From assembly GCA_039920645.1 (NCBI GenBank), contig JBDSDI010000139.1, positions 1-28,123 of the forward strand: a DNA stretch of 28,123 nucleotides, given 5' to 3'. This stretch comes from Bdellovibrionota bacterium. Lineage in GTDB: Bacteria > Bdellovibrionota > UBA2428. Positions 24,366 to 28,123 of this stretch are shown one piece after another; within the stretch, counting starts at the first letter, position 1; every line of letters begins with the position of its first letter. The notes under the pieces were generated by a model, which was given only the letters and a program-made list of their open reading frames with translations, did no database searches and was not told the DNA's origin. The position numbers and the translations under genes were made by a program.

Positions 24366-25127
24366 TCAACGCGCGCCGAGGGTCTTGAGGAACTGCAGTG
24401 CCTGATGGGCGTCGTTGAAAAACTCGACCTGCCAGGCCTTGTGTTCGATCTCCGTTGCCCAACCACAGTGCTCGCCGACGAGGATGGCGTAACCTTCGCG
24501 TTTGAGCGCTTCTTCAACCGCTGGCCGGTCCAGAAGATCGTCGCCAATCACGACCGGTTTAAACGTTGTAGCGGGACCGAGCTGCGCTTCAACGTCGCGA
24601 AGGGCAAATCCTTTGTTGTATTCGGTCGACAGGAGTTCCGCGCCGCGCGCGCCGACGTGCCAGATCCAGCCCTTAAGACCCACCGGCAGAGGGTTCGCGA
24701 CGATGAACTTCTGAAGTTCGAGCATGTTCACATTCTGATACGGTGCGATTCGCAGGCTGGACGCTTTGATCTCGAGGCGTAGACGGCCTTCGCCCTCGAG
24801 GCATTTTTGGTAATGCTCGATGAGATGCTTCGGAAGTTCCGGTCCCACGAGCGTGCTCGTCTTGGCGTGCGCATCCCAGCGCATCGAACCCTGGATGAAA
24901 TAACCGGAGAAAAGAAGATAATCTGACAGCACCGATCCCAGGGATTCTACGCGTCGTCCCGTATTCCAATACACGCCGCCACTCTTCTTCGCGAGTGATG
25001 CGACAACGTCGTAGATCTCTTGGGGATCGTAGCCTTGGCCTTCCCATACCTCGAGATGCGGACACAATGAACCGTCAAAATCCAAGAAGAAATAGAGATC
25101 TTTGAAGGATGCGTCTTGGAGTTTCAA
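24366..25127 (-). CDS. HAD-IIB hydrolase, trehalose-6-phosphate phosphatase (OtsB)-like
   Basis: FFLDFDGSL (motif I), NTGR (motif II), NKG (motif III) and IGDDLLD (motif IV), plus LEIK in the cap domain. TTG start. Confidence 0.75.
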   Translation of the reverse strand: MKLQDASFKDLYFFLDFDGSLCPHLEVWEGQGYDPQEIYDVVASLAKKSGGVYWNTGRRVESLGSVLSDYLLFSGYFIQGSMRWDAHAKTSTLVGPELPKHLIEHYQKCLEGEGRLRLEIKASSLRIAPYQNVNMLELQKFIVANPLPVGLKGWIWHVGARGAELLSTEYNKGFALRDVEAQLGPATTFKPVVIGDDLLDRPAVEEALKREGYAILVGEHCGWATEIEHKAWQVEFFNDAHQALQFLKTLGAR

Positions 25128-25165
25128 CTACGTATCATGGTAGCATGATCTTCATAGGAGGAAAA

Positions 25166-25927
25166 ATGAGCAATCAAAGCAAGTTTTTCGTACTGACTCT
25201 TGTTCTCGCGGGCCTTGCCCCTCAAGTCGTCTCCGCAGCACAATCACGTGCCGGTATGGCCCACTATGTCGGCAGCGGTCTCGCTTACCCGACCCTCAAC
25301 CACGCTCTGTTCGTGAACCCGACCGCGCTCGTGGACTCGCCCCTCACAAGCCTACAAGCGTCCTACATGCTCGATCCTGGAAACGTCCACAGTTCGATCA
25401 CAACCGGCGGCGGCACGGCGGGGTTTGGTATTGGCTACCGTCAGAACGGTTCGAGTTCCACAGAGGAATTCGGACTCGCGGGTCGCATCAACATCATGAC
25501 TCTCGGAGCGACTCTGCGCACGCATGAATTCCAAGGCCTCGACGGCGACCTCGCTGCCACCTTCGATTTCGGAGCAATGAGACTCACCGCCATCGGACGC
25601 GGGGCCAATCAGGGCTTCGATCGTGCCGACGTCGGCCTCGGATTCACCTCAGGACCTTTCAGCCTCGGAATCGACGCGAAAAAGCCTCTCGCTGCAGGCG
25701 ACGAAAGCTACGACTTCGATGTCGGTATGTCCGTCAGTGACGGGCGCATTTCGGCTGGATTCGGTTACACCTTCGCCTACAATGGTGCGAGCATGGTTGC
25801 TGGCGATATTCACTCCGGTCTGAGTTTTGATGTCACGAAGGGCGCCGCTCTCGAAGCGTTCTACAAACCCTCGACGCAGGAATGGAGTCCCGGAGATTGG
25901 GTGCTCGGCGCCCGCTTCCAGCTCTAA
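25166..25927 (+). CDS. Predicted outer-membrane beta-barrel protein
   Basis: AGGAGG RBS before ATG 25166 and a signal peptide. It has the ALFVNPTAL N-terminal motif (FadL/PorV-like 'NPAxL'), alternating hydrophobic strands, and ends WVLGARFQL. Confidence 0.72.
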   Translation: MSNQSKFFVLTLVLAGLAPQVVSAAQSRAGMAHYVGSGLAYPTLNHALFVNPTALVDSPLTSLQASYMLDPGNVHSSITTGGGTAGFGIGYRQNGSSSTEEFGLAGRINIMTLGATLRTHEFQGLDGDLAATFDFGAMRLTAIGRGANQGFDRADVGLGFTSGPFSLGIDAKKPLAAGDESYDFDVGMSVSDGRISAGFGYTFAYNGASMVAGDIHSGLSFDVTKGAALEAFYKPSTQEWSPGDWVLGARFQL

Positions 25928-25933
25928 TCTTTA

Positions 25934-25962
25934 TTGCGTCAACATTAAGGGCGCTCTAGGGT
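25934..25962 (+). promoter_or_regulatory. Putative sigma70-type promoter (TTGCGT-17-TAGGGT), 9 nt before ATG 25972
   Basis: The hexamers and spacing are seen directly. No SD sequence is present. Confidence 0.45.
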
Positions 25963-25971
25963 CACGGCCCT

Positions 25972-26835
25972 ATGAGCGCCCTTCGCATTTCCGCACCGAT
26001 CGTAATTTTCGTGCGACCCCAAGCCGCCGGAAATATCGGAGCACTCTCGCGCGTGATGTCGAACTTCGGCGTCTCCGAACTGCGTCTCGTGGGTCCTCGT
26101 CCCGCTGACTCCGACAACGACGATGAGTTCTCGAAGATGGACTGGGCGCTGTCCTGCAAAGGCTCACGCGTTCTCGAAACCGCGACCCGCCACGCTACGC
26201 TTCAAGACGCGCTCGAAGGCCTTCACATCGCACTTGGAACTTCTGGAAAAAAGGACGGCTTTTTTGAACTCGGTTACGCACGACCCTTCGTCTCGCCCAC
26301 GAAAGCGCTTGCGGACCTCGATACCGAAATCGCATCGTCGCCCGAACCTCTGCGCTGGGCGCTCGTGCTCGGTCCCGAGGACGACGGCCTGAACGCCGAA
26401 GAGGCCTCGCTCTGCAAACAACTCGTGCATATCGCGACGGTCGACCAGAATCCCTCGATCAACCTCGCGATGGCCGCGGGACTTTTTCTTTATCATTGGC
26501 ACCTGCTGAATCTCGGTGAGATCTCAAACATGGCACCCTCGACCGAAAAAGCGATGGTGGCCGGTGCTCAATCTTTTCCCTTAGAGCCCGGCGATCGCCT
26601 CGCGACGCTGGATGAAAAGGAAGCCTTCCTCGATTACGTCGTCGAAGCGCTAAAACTTACGCAGTTCTTCAAGACTCCAGATGTCGTGGCGTCACGAGCG
26701 CGGCTGCGCCGCTGGCTCCAAAGTTCTCAGTCTCCGCTGATGGATCTCAGGACGCTCTTCGAGGCCGTCTATCAACTCAAATGTTGGGGACAAGGCCGCT
26801 TTGAGGGACGCGATTTCCTGAAGAAGAGATCCTAG
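25972..26835 (+). CDS. trmJ: TrmJ/LasT-family SPOUT RNA methyltransferase
   Basis: IFVRPQAAGNIGALSRVMSNFG, ALGTSG, LVLGPEDDGLNAEE and NPSINLAMAA, followed by the TrmJ-type C-terminal helical region. Confidence 0.85.
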   Translation: MSALRISAPIVIFVRPQAAGNIGALSRVMSNFGVSELRLVGPRPADSDNDDEFSKMDWALSCKGSRVLETATRHATLQDALEGLHIALGTSGKKDGFFELGYARPFVSPTKALADLDTEIASSPEPLRWALVLGPEDDGLNAEEASLCKQLVHIATVDQNPSINLAMAAGLFLYHWHLLNLGEISNMAPSTEKAMVAGAQSFPLEPGDRLATLDEKEAFLDYVVEALKLTQFFKTPDVVASRARLRRWLQSSQSPLMDLRTLFEAVYQLKCWGQGRFEGRDFLKKRS

Positions 26836-26990
26836 CGTCGGCCGAGGCAGCGCTCGAAGGCGTCGTAGGCTCCAGCGCAGAAGCGTTGCGTATCCATGCG
26901 CGGCAGATCGAACTGCACGGGGAACGGCCCTTGAATAAGCTGCCACTTGATAGCCCACCCGCTCGGAAGCTCGAACCCATTAGCTCGCAT
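26832..26990 (-). CDS. Possible 52-aa small protein or gene remnant (not in the ORF track)
   Basis: MRANGFELPSGWAIKWQLIQGPFPVQFDLPRMDTQRFCAGAYDAFERCLGRR. It fills the 171-nt gap, has genome-typical C/G third positions, and shares its stop with trmJ in CTAG. No clear RBS. Confidence 0.35.
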   Translation of the reverse strand: MRANGFELPSGWAIKWQLIQGPFPVQFDLPRMDTQRFCAGAYDAFERCLGRR

Positions 26991-27006
26991 TTTTTCGACG
27001 GCGGCG

Positions 27007-28122
27007 TTATTCGCTGCGACCGAGGATCTTCAGGATGAACGCCAGGTCCCGCGCGCGTTCCTTGTAAGCGTCATAGCGACCCGATGCGCCTCCATGACCT
27101 GCGTCCATGTTCACGTCGAGTAAGAGCGGATTCGCGTCGGTCTTGAGTGTGCGGAGTTTCGCAACGTATTTCGCAGGCTCCCAGTACATGACCTGACTGT
27201 CGTGAAGCGAAGTTCTGACGTAGATCGCGGGATAGGCACCCTTTTTGAGATTGTCGTAGGGGGAATAGGCGCGCATGCGATCAAATGCGGGCTTCTCGTT
27301 CGGATTACCCCACTCTTCGTATTCTCCGACCGTCAGTGGAAGGCTCGCATCAAGCATCGTGTTCAATACGTCGACGAAGGGGACGTGCGACAGCACGCCG
27401 CGGAAAAGATCCGGGCGCAGATTCACCACGGTGCCCATCAGAAGGCCGCCGGCGCTACCGCCTTCGATGAAGACCTTGTCTTTCGCGGCGTATCCTTGTG
27501 AGACCAGGTACTCCACCGCGGCGTTGAAATCGGTGAAGGTGTTCATCTTCTTGTCCATCTTACCGGAGTCGTGCCAGGCCTTGCCATATTCCCCACCACC
27601 GCGAATGTGTGCGATCGCCATGACGAAGCCACGGTTCAGGAGCGCAAAGCGCGAGGCCGAGAAAGAAACGCTGATGGGATAACCGTAGGAACCGTAAGCG
27701 TAGACGTGTGCGGGATTTGTGCCCTTTTTGAAAAGATCCTTCCGGTAAACAAGCGAGACGGGAATCTTAGCTCCATCCTGGCCCGTGGCGAAAACGCGCT
27801 CGATCTGGAACTGCGTCTTGTCGTAGGGCGTAGGCGGTTTTTTTTCCTTCAGGAGTTTAGATTTTCCGCTGGCGACGTCGAGCTCGTAGGTCCCCTCGGG
27901 CGAGATAAAGGACTGGTAACCGTAGCGGAAAACCTTGCTGTCGTATTCGGCGTTCTGCATGGGATAAATATCGTAGGCGGGTTCGGGAAGCTGAACGAGG
28001 TAGGGTTTCTGACCTTTGGCGAAAGGGAAAACGTGAAAGCGCGGTAAACCTTCGGCCTGTTCGTGTACAATCATGAAGTCCTTGAAAACGTCATGATCGG
28101 TGACCGCAATATCTTTGTTGTA
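27007..28122 (-). CDS. ptrB: Oligopeptidase B (S9A prolyl oligopeptidase family), 3' part; 5' end is outside the window
   Basis: YAYGSYG, HIRGGGEYG, GGSAGG (catalytic Ser), VPFVDV, EEWGNP, LHDSQV (Asp) and AGHGG (His). The frame is open to the window edge. Confidence 0.93.
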   Translation of the reverse strand, partial: YNKDIAVTDHDVFKDFMIVHEQAEGLPRFHVFPFAKGQKPYLVQLPEPAYDIYPMQNAEYDSKVFRYGYQSFISPEGTYELDVASGKSKLLKEKKPPTPYDKTQFQIERVFATGQDGAKIPVSLVYRKDLFKKGTNPAHVYAYGSYGYPISVSFSASRFALLNRGFVMAIAHIRGGGEYGKAWHDSGKMDKKMNTFTDFNAAVEYLVSQGYAAKDKVFIEGGSAGGLLMGTVVNLRPDLFRGVLSHVPFVDVLNTMLDASLPLTVGEYEEWGNPNEKPAFDRMRAYSPYDNLKKGAYPAIYVRTSLHDSQVMYWEPAKYVAKLRTLKTDANPLLLDVNMDAGHGGASGRYDAYKERARDLAFILKILGRSE

Positions 28123-28123
28123 A

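Noticed and set aside
1-28123. Defence island, prophage, integron, tRNA or rRNA
   Set aside because: I recognised no integrase, transposase, nuclease, phage structural gene, att-like repeat or cloverleaf. Intergenic gaps are mostly too short to hold such RNAs.

Overview
This is a 28.1 kb, gene-dense, moderately GC-rich bacterial chromosomal segment with about 29 real CDSs. It is cut inside rodA at the left edge and inside an oligopeptidase B gene at the right edge. Most of it is housekeeping: rodA, an FMN reductase/ABC1-kinase/Tex run, dapD, mpaA, a YyaL-type thioredoxin protein, EVE, DksA, Mrp/ApbC, isocitrate dehydrogenase, Ppx/GppA, three RNA methyltransferases, metG, a SWIB protein and an OtsB-like phosphatase. 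These are interspersed with several signal-peptide-bearing hypothetical proteins. That mix suggests a Bdellovibrionota/Oligoflexia-like organism, but this is inference only. I found no rRNA, tRNA, CRISPR array, transposase, integrase or prophage gene. The most notable observations are: (1) a stand-alone secreted pre-pro-protein ending in a 42-residue core that is 55% tyrosine, lying upstream of a subtilisin-family protease gene; (2) a 526-aa secreted hypothetical protein with a cryptic NlpC/P60-like Cys-His signature beside dapD and mpaA; (3) an isocitrate dehydrogenase whose C-terminal accessory domain is a separate, RBS-bearing gene; (4) a Tex homologue with degenerate conserved motifs; (5) a recurring promoter geometry implying leaderless mRNAs. 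All family assignments come from motif recognition by eye; no searches were run.
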